NCBI GenBank assembly: GCA_038087875.1
Contig: CM075992.1
Location: 9,550,001-9,614,000 of the forward strand
Length of the DNA: 64,000 nucleotides
Direction of reading: 5' to 3'
DNA from: Malacoraja senta
Lineage: Eukaryota
Position numbers and translations under genes: made by a program. Under the pieces are notes generated by a model. It did not search any database. It saw nothing but the letters and a program-made list of their open reading frames with translations, and was not told the DNA's origin. This document shows positions 25,849-37,818 of this stretch, piece by piece (the stretch's first letter is position 1; each line of letters opens with the position of its first letter).

Positions 25849-26233
25849 CTGGCGGGGGGGAAGGAGAGAGATGCGTGATCGCGACACTTCAATCAACCCA
25901 ACAACTTTCAGCACTCCTCTGTAAATCCATGTCTGCCCATAGCCCACCTCAGTATCACCCGTCCACCACAACCCACGAAGAATTACTTTTCTAATCCCCA
26001 TTATCAATCTCATCGTTGTCCTTTCCTTCTCTCCAGGGATGCTGCCTGCCTGTCCCACTGAGTTACTCCAGCTTTTTGTGTCTATCTTCATTGTCCTGTT
26101 CCCTCCCAGGCCTTAAAGCACCTCCATTCCAGCTTCGATCAGTTAAAAGATGCAGCCAGGAAACAGGCCCACCATCCATCGCCTGTTCACACTAGTTCTA
26201 TGTTTCCCACTTACTCATCCACTCCCAAGGGAT

Positions 26234-26860
26234 ATAGAAAATGGGTGCTGGAGGAGGCCATTCGGCCCTTCGAGCCAGCACCGCCATTCATTGCGATCAT
26301 GGCTGATCATCCCCTATCAATAACCTGTGCCTGCCTTCTACCCATATCCCTTGATTCCACTAGCCCCTAGAGCTCTATCTAACTCTCTCTTAAATCCATC
26401 CAGTGACTTGGCCTCCACTGCCCTCTGTGGCAGGGAATTCCATAAATTCACAACTCTCTGGGTGAAAAAGTTTTTTCTCACTTCAGTCTCAAATGGCCTC
26501 CCCTTTATTCTAAGACTGTGGCCCCTGGTTCTGGACTCGCCCAACATTGGGAACATTTTCCTGCATCTAGCTTGTCCAGTCCTTTTATAATTTTATATGT
26601 TTCTATAAGATTCCCCCCTCATCCTTCTAAACTCCAGTGAATACAAGCCTAGTCTTTTCAATCTTTCCTCATATGACAGTCCCGCCATCCCAGGGATCAA
26701 TCTCGTGAACCTACGCTGCACTGCCTCAATCACAAGGATGTCCTTCCTAAAATTAGGAGACCAAAACTGTACGCAATACTCCAGATATGGTCTTACCAGA
26801 GCCCTATACAACTGCAGAAGAACCTCTCTACTCCTATACTGAAATCCTCTTGTTATGAAG
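26234..26860 (-). mobile_element. CR1/HER1-like LINE 3' fragment
   Basis: [44 protein letters not shown].. plus tail. Confidence 0.9.
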
Positions 26861-27159
26861 GTCCAATTAACTGGTCCAATTAACTGACAAACCCGCATGT
26901 CTTTGGGATGTGGGAGCAAACACAGGCCCTTCGGCCCAATTCCTCCATGACGGGACCTGTTCCGAGCTGCCGTGGAATTGATGGGCTGAATGGCCTCTTG
27001 CGCTGTGAGGTGTGAGGGACTAAATATTGCAATGAGTAATGTGTCCGCGTTGTGCCTGGCTGGCCTGGAGTAGATGGGAGTGTGGATGCTCTGCATGGGA
27101 TGGTGATATTCTCTCAAAATTTAAAAAGCATCTGGATGAGCACTTGAAGCAGCAAAGTT

Positions 27160-27700
27160 TTAGACCTTAGAGATACAGTGCGGAAACAGGCCCTTTGACC
27201 CACCGAGGCCGCGCCGACCAGCGATCCCCGCACACCAACACATTCCTACAGACTAATGACAATTTACAATTTTAGCAAAGCCAATTAACCTACAAACCTG
27301 CACGTCTTTGGGAGTGTGGGAGGAAACCGGAGCACCCGGAGAAAACCCACGTGGTCACGGGGAGAGCAAACAAACTCTGCACAGACAGCACCCGTGGCCG
27401 GGATCGAACCCGAGACTCTGGCGCTGTACGGCAGCAACTCTACAGCTGTGCCGACCTATGGACTAGTTTAGTTTAGAGATACTGCGCGGAAACAGGCCCT
27501 TCGACCTACCGAATCCGCGCTGAGCAGAGATCACCCCGTACACTAGCACTATCCTACACATTAGGGGTGATTTACAGAAGCCAATCAACCTGCAAACCTG
27601 TGTGTCTTTGGAATTTGGGAAGAAACCGGAGCATCCAGTGAAAACCCACAGAGATAACATACAAACGCCGTACAGACAGCACCTGTACTCAGGATCGAAT
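27160..27700 (-). mobile_element. Two tandem V-SINE copies
   Basis: Each shows the SINE core and GGGCCTGTTTCCGC.CTGTATCTCTAA tail on the minus strand. Confidence 0.8.
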
Positions 27701-27877
27701 GTGATACATTAATGGTGGGGGGTGGGGTGGGACTGCCCCCACCAACGTAATGAGCTGAAATGGCTTCCTCCTGTAGCAGAAATATGATGCATGGGTGGAA
27801 AAGTTTACCAGCCTGTTACAATCCCAAGAGTAGCACGCAGCTCATCAATGCTAACCAAAACTCAGAGGGACACCCAG

Positions 27878-28298
27878 TGAGAGAATGGAGCGGCTGGGCT
27901 TGTACACTCTGGAATTTAGAAGGATTTGAGGGGATCTTATTGAAACATATAAAATTATTAAGGGCTTGGACACGCTAGAGGCAGGAAACACGTTCCCGAT
28001 GTTGGGGGAGTCCAGAACCAGGGGCCACAGTTTAAGAATAAGGGGTAGGCCAATTAGAACGGAGACGAGGAAACACTTTTTTGCACAGAGTTGTGAGTCT
28101 GTGGAATTCTTTGCCTCAGAGGGCGGTGGAGGCAGGTTCTCTGGATGCTTTCAAGAGAGAGCTAGATAGGGCTCTTAAAGAGAGCGGAGTCAGGGGATAT
28201 GGGGAGAAGGCAGGAACGGGGTACTGATTGGGGATGATCAGCCATGATCACATTGAATGGGCCGACTGGCCTGCTCCTGCACCTATTGTCTATTGTCT
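27878..28298 (+). mobile_element. CR1/HER1-like LINE 3' fragment
   Basis: Same family motifs and tail. Confidence 0.85.
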
Positions 28299-28910
28299 AC
28301 TCAACGTGGGCAGTATTAGAGCTTCCCAATACTGGACGTCATTCCTTTCACCCCCTCTTTCCCCTTCCATGCAGCCCCTCCCTCTAGCTACACACATTAT
28401 ACCAGTCCCATTTCACTTCTTTTCTCCTCATTCGACACCCTTTGATCTTCTTTTCACCTTTGGCCTTCATAATGTACTCCATCCATTCCGCCATTTTACA
28501 CCCCCACCCCTCCCCCCATCTCGCCTGTATCCACATATCACTAGCCAGACTTTTGCTTGCACCCCTACCTTTTCCAGCTGTTCTAATCCCACACTAGCCC
28601 TCTGCCAATACATCCCCCCCCCCCGCCCCCCCACCGGTCTGAAGAAGGGTCCGGATCCCAAATGTCATCTGTCCATTCTCTCCACAGATGCTGCATGACC
28701 CGCTGTACTCCTCTGGCACTGTGTGTTTTGCTGGAGTGATATTCAGTGGGTAGTGCTGGTATTTCAGAGATGTCAAATGAGTTAAATGTGCTTTGTGTTC
28801 CCCTAACATCCCCACACACTATCCCTACCCTCCACGACAGACAGAGCAGGTTAAGAACAAAGACTCCTTTCTTTCACAGACCTTTAGAATCAAACTGCTC
28901 ACATACTGCT

Positions 28911-29225
28911 TGGGCAGTCACGGTGGAGCAGCGGTAGAGTTGCTGCCTCACAACGCCGGAGACCCGGGTTCCTTCCTGACTACGGGTGCTGTCTGTACCG
29001 AGTTTGTACGTTCTCCCCGTGACCTGCGTGCGTTTTCTCCCAGATCTTCGGTTTCCTCCCACGCTCCAAAGACGTACAGGTTTGTAGGTTAATTGGCTTG
29101 GTAAATGTAAAAATTGTCCCTAGTGGGTGTGGGATAGTGTTAATGTGCGGGGATCGCTGGTCGGCGTGGGCTCGGTGGGCTGAAGGGCCTGTTTCCGAGC
29201 TGTATCTCTAAACTAAACTAAATTA
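28911..29225 (+). mobile_element. Full-length V-SINE (HE1-like)
   Basis: tRNA-like head, central core, CR1-like tail GGGCTGAAGGGCCTGTTTCC and (CTAAA)n. Confidence 0.9.
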
Positions 29226-29526
29226 AACAGGCCCTTCGGCCCACCTCGCCGACCAGCAATTACCTGTACACTAGTTCTATCCTACACACTGGGGACAATT
29301 TACAGAAGCCAATTAACCTACAAACCTGTACGTCTTTGGAATGTGGGAGGAAACTGGAGCACCCAGAGAAAAAACACGCGGTCACAGGGAGAACGTACAG
29401 ACAGCACGCAAAATCGGGATCGAAGATAGACACAAAAAGCTGGAGTAACTCAGCAGGTCAGGCAGCATCTCTGGAGAAAAGGGGTTGGTGACGTTTCGGG
29501 TCGGGTCTCTTCACCCTGGTGTCTGG

Positions 29527-29726
29527 NNNNNNNNNNNNNNNNNNNNNNNNNNNNNNNNNNNNNNNNNNNNNNNNNNNNNNNNNNNNNNNNNNNNNNNNNN
29601 NNNNNNNNNNNNNNNNNNNNNNNNNNNNNNNNNNNNNNNNNNNNNNNNNNNNNNNNNNNNNNNNNNNNNNNNNNNNNNNNNNNNNNNNNNNNNNNNNNNN
29701 NNNNNNNNNNNNNNNNNNNNNNNNNN
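29527..29726. other. Assembly gap (200 N, likely placeholder size)
   Basis: Run of N. Confidence 1.
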
Positions 29727-30035
29727 GAGATTAGATTACACACAAGTGGACTCTATTTACTAATTAGGTGACTTCTGAAGGCAATTGGTTGCACTGGATT
29801 TTATTTAGGGATATCAGAGTAAAGGGGGCTGAATACTTTTGCATGCGACACTTTTCAGTTTTTTTTTTTTTTTTAATTTGAAAACCATGTATCATTTTCC
29901 TTCCACTTCACAATTATGCGCCACTTTGTGTTGGTCTATCACATAAAATCCCAATAAAATACATTTACGTTTGTGGTTGTAACGTGACAAAATGTGGAAA
30001 AGTTCAAGGGGTATGAATACTTTTGCAAGCCACTG
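29727..30035. mobile_element. Tc1/mariner transposon end (IR/DR type), truncated by the gap
   Basis: Ends ..AAGGGGTATGAATACTTTTGCAAGCCACTG|TA (reverse complement CAGTGGCTTGCAAAAGTATTCA), with inner direct repeat AAGGGGGCTGAATACTTTTGCA at about 29822-29843. Confidence 0.85.
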
Positions 30036-30428
30036 TATATGCAGGAAGTGGAGAGATATGGATTATGTACCAGCTGATAAGAGTTGGTCTTGGTGGAGAA
30101 ACTCAGCGGGTGCAGCAGCATCTATGGAGCGAAGGAAATATGCAACATTTCGGGCCGAAACCCTCCTTCGATTTTCCAGCATCTGCAGTTCCTTCTTTAA
30201 CAGAGTTGGTCTTGGTGTTTGGCATGGACATTGTGGGCCGAAGGGCCTGTTCCTCTTCAATGTACAATGTACTGTTCAATGTCCTATGTCCTCTGTTCTA
30301 TTTTCCCTACTCTCATGCCCTAGTATGTCTTCCTTGCCTCCTCCCCAATCAATCCAGATTGATATTGACTCCCCGAGTCCAATGCTTTAGGAGTCATAGA
30401 TACAGGAACAGCTGTGCTGATTCACTTA

Positions 30429-30648
30429 AGGCCCTGTCCCACTTGGCTGTCATTTGCGCGTAATTTACGCGACATCATTTTAACCGTCACGACGAGCGCG
30501 TGGTGACACGCACGTGATGCGTGCATGGTGCGTGATGACACAGGCAGTGACGCTCGGCCGAGTGTGGCGTTGCAGGATTTTGTGATGTACAAAATCTTCG
30601 CTCGCCATCTATGTGACGCGCAAATGACAGCCAAGTGGGACAGGCACT
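30429..30648. mobile_element. PIF/Harbinger-type MITE
   Basis: TIR CCTGTCCCACTTGGCTGTCATTTGCG / CGCAAATGACAGCCAAGTGGGACAGG, TWA-like flanks, CpG-rich interior. Confidence 0.75.
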
Positions 30649-32177
30649 TATGGCCATGAAGTATCCATTTAAACTAATCCCCAATCATTAACACCATCTT
30701 TCCCCCTCTCAGGCTTGGTGAATCTAATGGACTGTTGTATTGTTTTAATGCCTGGGAGTGTAGTAGAGCAGCGGGATCTAGGAGTGCACGTGCAGAGTTC
30801 CATGAAAGTGGCAGCATAGTTTGTACGTTCTCCCTGTGACTGCGTGCATTTTCTCCGGGTGCTCCGGTTTCCTCCCACGCTCCAAAGATGTGCTGGTTTG
30901 TAGGTTAATTGGCTTCTGTAAATGACCCCTAGTGCATAGAATAGAACCAATGTAAGAGTTATCACTGGTCAGCGTTGACACAGAGGGGCAAAGAGGCTGT
31001 TCCAACACTGTATCTCTAAAAAAAAACTCTGTGTGAATGCGTTCTTTCTCAGATCATCTGCTAACCTCTTACCCATGCTCTAAACCTGAGCTCTCTGCTG
31101 TGGGGAGAAGGTTCTTAAGATCATAAGCAATTGGAGCAGAATTAGGCCATTCGGCCCATCAAGTCTACTCCGCCATTCAATCATGGCTGATCTATCTCTC
31201 CCTCCTAACCCCATTCTCCTGCCTTCTCCCCATAACCCCTGACACCCATACTAATCAAGAATCTATCTATCTCTGTCTTAAAAAATATCCATTGACTTGG
31301 CCTCCACAGCCGTCTGTGGCAAAGAATTCCACAGATTCACCACCATGCTTCCCTCCATCTACCCCATCAATGCCCCCGCAGAGTTTTGTATATCTCCATC
31401 AGGGCACACCTTCCTTCCCTTCTGTCTCCTCTGCTCCAAGGGAAACAAGACCAGCCTCTCATATCTCTACTCACCGTCCTGGAGAACAACCAAGGCCGCA
31501 CAAGGCTGGGTGGCAGTGTGAACTGTGAGGAGGATGCTATGAGAATGCAGGGTGACTTGGACAGGTTAGGTGAGTGGGCAGATGCATGGCAGATAAAGTT
31601 TAATGTGGATACATGTGAGGTTATCCACTTTGGTGGCAAAAACAAGAAGGCAGATTATTATCTCAATGTAGCAATGTTACAAACTTTTGAGATTTTAAAA
31701 CTTCGTCTGCAATTTATCCCACCAGATAAAGCATAAAAATAAGTTTAATTTGACACCTAATTCACTTTCATATCTTCAGTATTATAAAGGTTATGGCCAT
31801 TTTCAAACTCGGAAATTAGCATCTTGTTCCCTATTGCTTTTGCATTGACTTAACACAAAAGCTGTGATCGAGGACAGTCAAAAGCCCATAACTTTCTTAA
31901 AAATTAAGAGAACTGAATGAAATTTTCAGTTATTATAGATTGAAGCATTCTGAAACAAATATAAAACATCTTACTTGGATGACCTGAAATTAAAGCATAT
32001 AATTAGTTAATTACCTAAATGTAGTTAATTACAAAATTGACCGTTGCGACGGAAATAGTAATAAATACCCAGACTGCCTTGAAAATTCAAAAATGTGATA
32101 TTCACAAGATCAGAACTTTAATATTATTGTATTATATGCTGTAAGTCCATAACAGATAGGTCAATAAATTACAATTT

Positions 32178-32402
32178 CTAGCAATAGACCAGGTCTTTAT
32201 GGAGAAGATCAGTTGCTAGCTGGTACATTGGCATACCATAATCAGTAGCATCATCATACTCCTCAGATTGTAACCAATAAGCAACTCTGTACACCTTGTT
32301 TTTCCTCAACTTTTCAATTTTAGCATTGTAAACTACAAGTTTTTGCTCTTCAAACCTCGCATGACATGCCTTTCTGCCCACTACTTTCCCATTAAGAATG
32401 TC
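32178..32402 (-). pseudogene. Probable terminal-exon remnant of the DNA transposon's protein
   Basis: Open frame DILNGKVVGRKACHARFEEQKLVVYNAKIEKLRKNKVYRVAYWLQSEEYDDATDYGMPMYQLATDLLHKDLVYC* in AT-rich DNA, preceded by candidate AG acceptors. Confidence 0.45.
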
Positions 32403-33191
32403 CTGTAGATTCTATTTTTTTAAGAAAATGATATATTTTTTAAATAGCCTAAGTATCCAAATAACAATCTAATCCCATTCACACAAGAATTCACAATATA
32501 ACATGATTTTTAAATCTCACTGTCATGAATTTACATGCCAGATGGAAGGAATTTAATGTTTAATTCCCATAAATTAATCTAGAAACATCCACTCAATATA
32601 ATCAAAATTATTATTTTTTTGCACAATACATGGGACTAAAACTGATATTTAGTATAAAAATATTGACTATGGGTAGACAATAACACAAAACAGTAAGATT
32701 AAACGAGAACTTACCAGTTTGAAGTTTGATCTGTATTTTATGAGGAGTAACGATGAGGGATTATGTGAAGAACCCGTTCAGCACGCATGCGCGACATACT
32801 TCAAAGCAGCGGTGTGGAATCACAGGAAACACAATAATTGAAATAAACATAGTAAAGAAAAGGAGAACTAAGATACCAGTTGATCTCTATAATTGAGGGT
32901 GGGAGCGGAGGGCACGTAATCCCTCATCGTAACTCCTCATAAAATACAGATCAAACTTCAAACTGGTAAGTTCTCGTTTAATCTTACGATTTTACTTCGG
33001 AGTCACGTGAGTGACTACGTGAAGATTTTAAAGCTCTGTGATTTCAAACCGTGTAACAGTTCATACTTCACTCGCTGCCGAAGTCATTCAAGGGAGGAAG
33101 TATGTTATCGTAATCAACCATGAATCTGTTTGTAAATAATAATGGTATTTATTAAACATTAACAAAAGAAAAATGCTCCCCCGGCCTTAAA

Positions 33192-34178
33192 TTATATATT
33201 TGCAGATTCTAAAACTCTTTCTGCAAATAACACAGGTTCTGCTAGCGGCTTGTGGTAGAACGTTTGGAACGTTTTCTCCATGGACCACCCTGCTGTAGCC
33301 AGGATGTGGTCCAGTGGTACGTCCATCCTTTTAGCCGCCGATGTGGATGCTGTCCTGGTGGAGTGAGATGTATATACGTCAGTATCTACTCCAGCAGCTT
33401 CCAGTACCTGCTTGAGCGATCTTGAGATGGTTTGGCTCGACACCCGACCATGAGGTTTCTTGTGCCTGACCCATAAGGCTTTTTCTCTCCCTCGGGAATC
33501 TCTTGTTGTGTTGATGTAAGTGAGTAGGTGAGTCATGACACACAACTGTGGGTCAGGTGGGTATGCCCGGAAATCCATAACTAGGCCTGAAGTTCCAGGC
33601 CTGCTCTGCTTTACCAGCTCCTGAATGGTGAATGAGACCCGGTCTGGTGTTATAACCATGTTGTCCAGTCGCAGTAAGTGGAGGGACTGGACTCTTTGTG
33701 CTGAGACTAGTGCCATCAGCATGACCGTTTTCAGGGTTAGCTGTTCCAGGGTGAGAGACCTGGCTGGTGACCATCCCCTTAGGTATGTCAGGACCACACT
33801 GACATCCCAGATTTGGGTGTACCTAGGTCTAGGGGGGTTGGAGTTGAATATACCCCTCATGAGTTTGATCACCAGCGGGTGAGACCCTATGGCCTGTTGT
33901 CCTGGTACTTGTTTTAAGTAGGCTGACAGAGCACTTCTGGCAGTATTGATGGCGCTGTAGCTCAGTCCTTCATTATGGTGAATGCCAGTCAGGAACTCCA
34001 GTACATTGGTTATGGTTGTAGACGAGTATGTTGTCCCAGTAGTCGAGCAGTATCTTTCCCACTTCCTGATGCTCGATAGGTATTGTTTCCTGGTGGACAT
34101 ACGGTGGGACGCTGTCATCGTGTTGATGGTCATGTCAGACAATCCCAGGCCCAGCAGTGGTCTTTTCATAATCTGCAA
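33192..34178 (-). CDS. DIRS tyrosine recombinase (intact 328-aa ORF)
   Basis: N-terminal core-binding-like region (SAINTARSALS..HPLV), catalytic R (SAQRVQSL), HSTR, AGW and TFQTFY. Confidence 0.92.
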   Translation of the reverse strand: MQIMKRPLLGLGLSDMTINTMTASHRMSTRKQYLSSIRKWERYCSTTGTTYSSTTITNVLEFLTGIHHNEGLSYSAINTARSALSAYLKQVPGQQAIGSHPLVIKLMRGIFNSNPPRPRYTQIWDVSVVLTYLRGWSPARSLTLEQLTLKTVMLMALVSAQRVQSLHLLRLDNMVITPDRVSFTIQELVKQSRPGTSGLVMDFRAYPPDPQLCVMTHLLTYINTTRDSRGREKALWVRHKKPHGRVSSQTISRSLKQVLEAAGVDTDVYTSHSTRTASTSAAKRMDVPLDHILATAGWSMEKTFQTFYHKPLAEPVLFAERVLESANI

Positions 34179-36231
34179 CCCAGTAGGTTAATTTTGTCAT
34201 GGCATGGATGACTTATGCCTGATACCGGGTGAGTCAATAGGTCTGGGCTACTGGGAAAGGTCATAGGAGTTTTGATGACCATGTCGAGGACCACTGGGAA
34301 CCATGGCTGTGTAGGCCAGTCGGGTACTATCAAAATACCTGAAGCAGAGTCCATCTGTATTTTGCGTAGTACCCTACTGATGAGGCAGAAGGGGGGAAAA
34401 GCATAAAATAAATAGTTTCCCCAGTTCAGCGCGAATGCATCTATCGCTGCTGCCTCAGGGTCTGGTTCCCAAGCGACATACATTGGTACCTGGTGATTTA
34501 GTCTGGATGCAAAGAGATCGATATCTGGTGTGCCATATTGCTTTGTAATTTTAGCAAAAGCTCTAGGATTTAACATCCATTCGGTGTTATCATTGAATTT
34601 GCGTGACCTGGTGTCTGCCACTGTATTTAGCTTACCTGGTAGGTAAGTTGCTGTTAGCCAAATATGTCTATCGACACACCATTGCCAGATTGTGTTGACC
34701 AAATTGTCACATGATATCGATTTTATTCCACCCATATGGTTAATATAGGCCACCACCGTGGTATTATCAATTTGTAAACGAACATGCAAATGGTGCATAT
34801 TCGTAGAATATGCTTTTAAACCATAAAACGCACCCAACATTTCCAAATAATTTATGCCCAGTGTTTGTAGTAAAGATGATTCTAGGTTAGTCCATCTACC
34901 ACCTGTGCTGGATATGGTAGTAGTTGCTCCCCAGCCTTGAGCACTGGCATCTGTTAGTATAGTTAATGTTGGGTTATTGATGATGATAGGGCTGGAACTA
35001 TGCCAAATGTGCTCTATCCACCACTGTAACTCTGATATTGCTTCAATGGGTAATTTCATGGTTCGGTCAAAGTGACCTGCATGTCGTTTTAACGCCTGTA
35101 CTTTTGCCCATTGTAGGTTTTGATAGTGCAGGGGTCCAAATTGTGTAGCTGGAAATGCTGCTACCATTTTGCCAATTACTCTTGCCATTTGTCGGATGGT
35201 TGGTCGATTGTTAACCATTAAATCGTTACATGTCTGTGCCAATTCTGCTGCTTTATCTTTTGGCAACGTTACAGACATGTGGACTGAGTTAATTGTGAAT
35301 CCCAGATAGTCCATTGTTGTGGATGGCGTCAACTTAGAATTATCTGGATGCAAGACAAATCCCAGGGTTTCAAACAATTGTTTGGTAGCTAATACAGCTG
35401 ATTTCGCCAACTCCATGGTTTTGCTTACTATTAGAATATCATCAAGATATGCCATGACAATATGTCTCTGTTTTCTTAATGTTGCCAAGGCTGGTTTTAA
35501 TATCTTGGTAAATAGTCTTGGGGCTGATGTTAACCCATTAGGCAACGCATTAAACTGCCATAGTTGCCCCATCCAGGTAAATTTCAGGTATATGCGATGA
35601 CCCTTTTGAATGGGTACTGTATAGTAAGCATCTTTTAAATCAATGCTTGCCATAAAGTATCCTTTGGAAATCAGTAGTTTGGCAGTTACAAATGTACAGG
35701 CACTGATGTGGGAGTGCCTGAATTCCCTTGGCGAGACTGCTCCATTTTGAAATGTACATACTTAACAAAGGTATTTAGTGAGGTTAAATCAATGATGATG
35801 CGACATGCACCATCTTTTTTGTTTTTGGTACATATATTTGAGACAAATTCCAAAGGTTCATGTTTGGATTTCTCAATGATACCCTTTGTAAGTAACCTCA
35901 CCAGTTCTGCTTGACCCTCTAGTTTTTCTTTGACTGAGAGGGTAAATACCCTTTGGGGTACATGCTGAACTGGTGGCATATTTTCTTGAATGAACTCTAT
36001 ATTGTATCCCCGAATACTGTTAAGTATATAACTATCATTCGTGACAGACCTCCATGCTTCAATGAACAGGTGTAATCTCCCCCCTGTTAGTACAGTTCCC
36101 CCACTTTTTATATGCTGGTAGGAACCAGACCCACCTTCATCCATAGTTATGGGAGTGTTCCTTTCTTCAGTTTCTTCATCCGTCGTTGTACTGCTGGATG
36201 TACTGCTGGTTGGGGGTGGCGCATTTTCCAT
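34166..36231 (-). pseudogene. DIRS pol ORF: reverse transcriptase - RNase H - DNA adenine methyltransferase-like domain, frameshifted by a 44-bp insertion
   Basis: GGRL..F..AW, RIIIDL, SIDLKDAYY, LPNGL..APRLFTK, YLDD; RNase H TDAS..GWGA, INYLE, DNTTVVAYIN, AD.RSR; MT-like IDLFAS and YAFPPF. Insert at 35696-35739. Confidence 0.9.
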
Positions 36232-36248
36232 GGGGTCCGCTCTGGGCC

Positions 36249-37818
36249 CTAGCCTAAAAAAGTCTTTCGGGGATGGTTTGCGGTTCCCGAGCTTTCACCA
36301 GTCCCATAAGTTTGACGTCGACTGGTGGACGCGGTAAGGTACTGCCGTCTGGGCTGTGTGGGTCTGCTCGTTCCGGGGCCTGCCCTCATGAGGCCGAATG
36401 CTTTGGACTCTTCCTCCAGGTCTTTCACTTGTTTTGTCAAGTCCTTTCCAAATAACAGGATCTGTGGCTCTGAGGCCGGTGTTTTACACAGTCCTGCATA
36501 TTTGGGATTGAGGGCAGGTCTTATTATCTCCTTGCGGAGGTTGTTTATCTCATATTGAGTGTTGCACAGCAGAGCCAGAGTGTCTTGCTGGTTGGTGGTC
36601 ATATCCACCCCATCCACGGAACGAGCATAGGATGTTATCCCTGTCATCAGGAGCTTGAGGATACGCTGTAATTTTAGCTCCTGGTTCCGGATACTCAATA
36701 CAATACAATACAATTTATTTGTCTTTAGGACAAATTTGTCATTTGGACCCCGTTGAGGTCCAAACGAAATGTCGTTTCTGCAGCCATACATTACAAAACG
36801 AAGAAGACCCGAGACACAACACGATTTACACATACATCCATCACAGCGCTGTGATGGAACGCAAAAAATCGTATCTCTCCACTGCACTCCCCCCCCCCCC
36901 CTGATGTCAGAGTCAAAGTCAAAGCCCCCGGCGGGCGATGGTGATTATCCCGCGGCCATTAAAGCCACACCGGGTAATGCAAGGTCGCGCACCGGGTCTT
37001 GGTGTTAGAGCCCCGGCGCGCGCCCGCAAAGTCCGGCGGCCATTCCAAGCCGCGCGGGGGGATAAAGCCCCGCTCCAGGTGCTCTTCAACCCCGCAACTC
37101 GGGCGGGAGAACTCTGTCCAACATACCCCCAGATTTGGTTGTTAACGGCCGGTACGTTGAGTGAACTGCAGTTCTCCGGAGGCGAGTAGAGTTCTAGTGC
37201 CTCATTGACTACCTGTTCTTGTAGGGGTTTGAGGGACAGGTGGTTAATGCTGGCCGCCAGTTTTGGCTGCAACGGCCGTCCTGCTCGTGGTGTAGCCACG
37301 TAGCGATTCACCACACCCAGCAGCTCTTCCTGGTCCTGTACCCCAAGCGTACTCCCGATATCTTCGGCCAATGACCCCTGTTCCTGACCAGCCCAGCCCT
37401 GGTCGCCAATGCTGCCCTCGGCTGGGGGGGAAGCGATGGCCAGTGCATTGTAAGGCACTGGTGTGGGAGTGCCTGAGTTCCCTTGGCGAGACTGCTCCAG
37501 CTCCCGAAGCAAGTCTCGCTGGAGCATTTGCTCCATGAGCCTTTCCATGCGGCTACCTCTGCCGCTCTCAGGCGGAGAGTCCTCCTCATCCGAGTTATCA
37601 GATATCACCGGCCGGTCAGTTTTTCGTTTTGATTTACCTCCAGTCCGCTGTTGTTAGTCGGGCTGCGCTAGCGGTACTGGGCTTGGCTCGGTCTCAATGA
37701 TTGTGGACCGCAGCATGTGCGGTCCAGGTGCCGCCTCTCGCCCCCCACTGATGGGACACTCCCGTTCTGTTGGAGTCGAACGGGGGGCGGTCTTTTTCCC
37801 TTGCCGTGCTTTGCTCAT
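36249..37818 (-). pseudogene. DIRS ORF1 (gag-like), disrupted
   Basis: ATG at 37818, in-frame TAA near 37654, then ..LNVPAVNNQIWGYVGQS | IRNQELKLQR..LRKEIIRPALNPKY..LLFGKDL.. rejoining across the 36697-37110 insertion. Confidence 0.75.
36697..37110 (-). mobile_element. Rex/Babar-type 3' fragment with (TATTG)n tail, inserted in DIRS gag
   Basis: ACTC duplicated at 36693-96 and 37111-14; terminal hairpin TTTGGACC..GGTCCAAA; related copy at 9816-10045. Confidence 0.65.

Noticed and set aside
25494..25994. 166-aa and 120-aa + strand ORFs
   Set aside because: Antisense shadows of the GADD45GIP1 exon.
28911..28985. tRNA-like sequences with A/B boxes
   Set aside because: Heads of V-SINEs running straight into the SINE core; not tRNA genes.
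29450..29763. ORFs spanning X residues
   Set aside because: Artefacts of the N gap.
33192..36231. Phage-like integrase + methyltransferase + RT suggesting prophage, retron or bacterial contamination
   Set aside because: Domain order and ITR/ICR ends are those of a eukaryotic DIRS retrotransposon embedded in host repeats.
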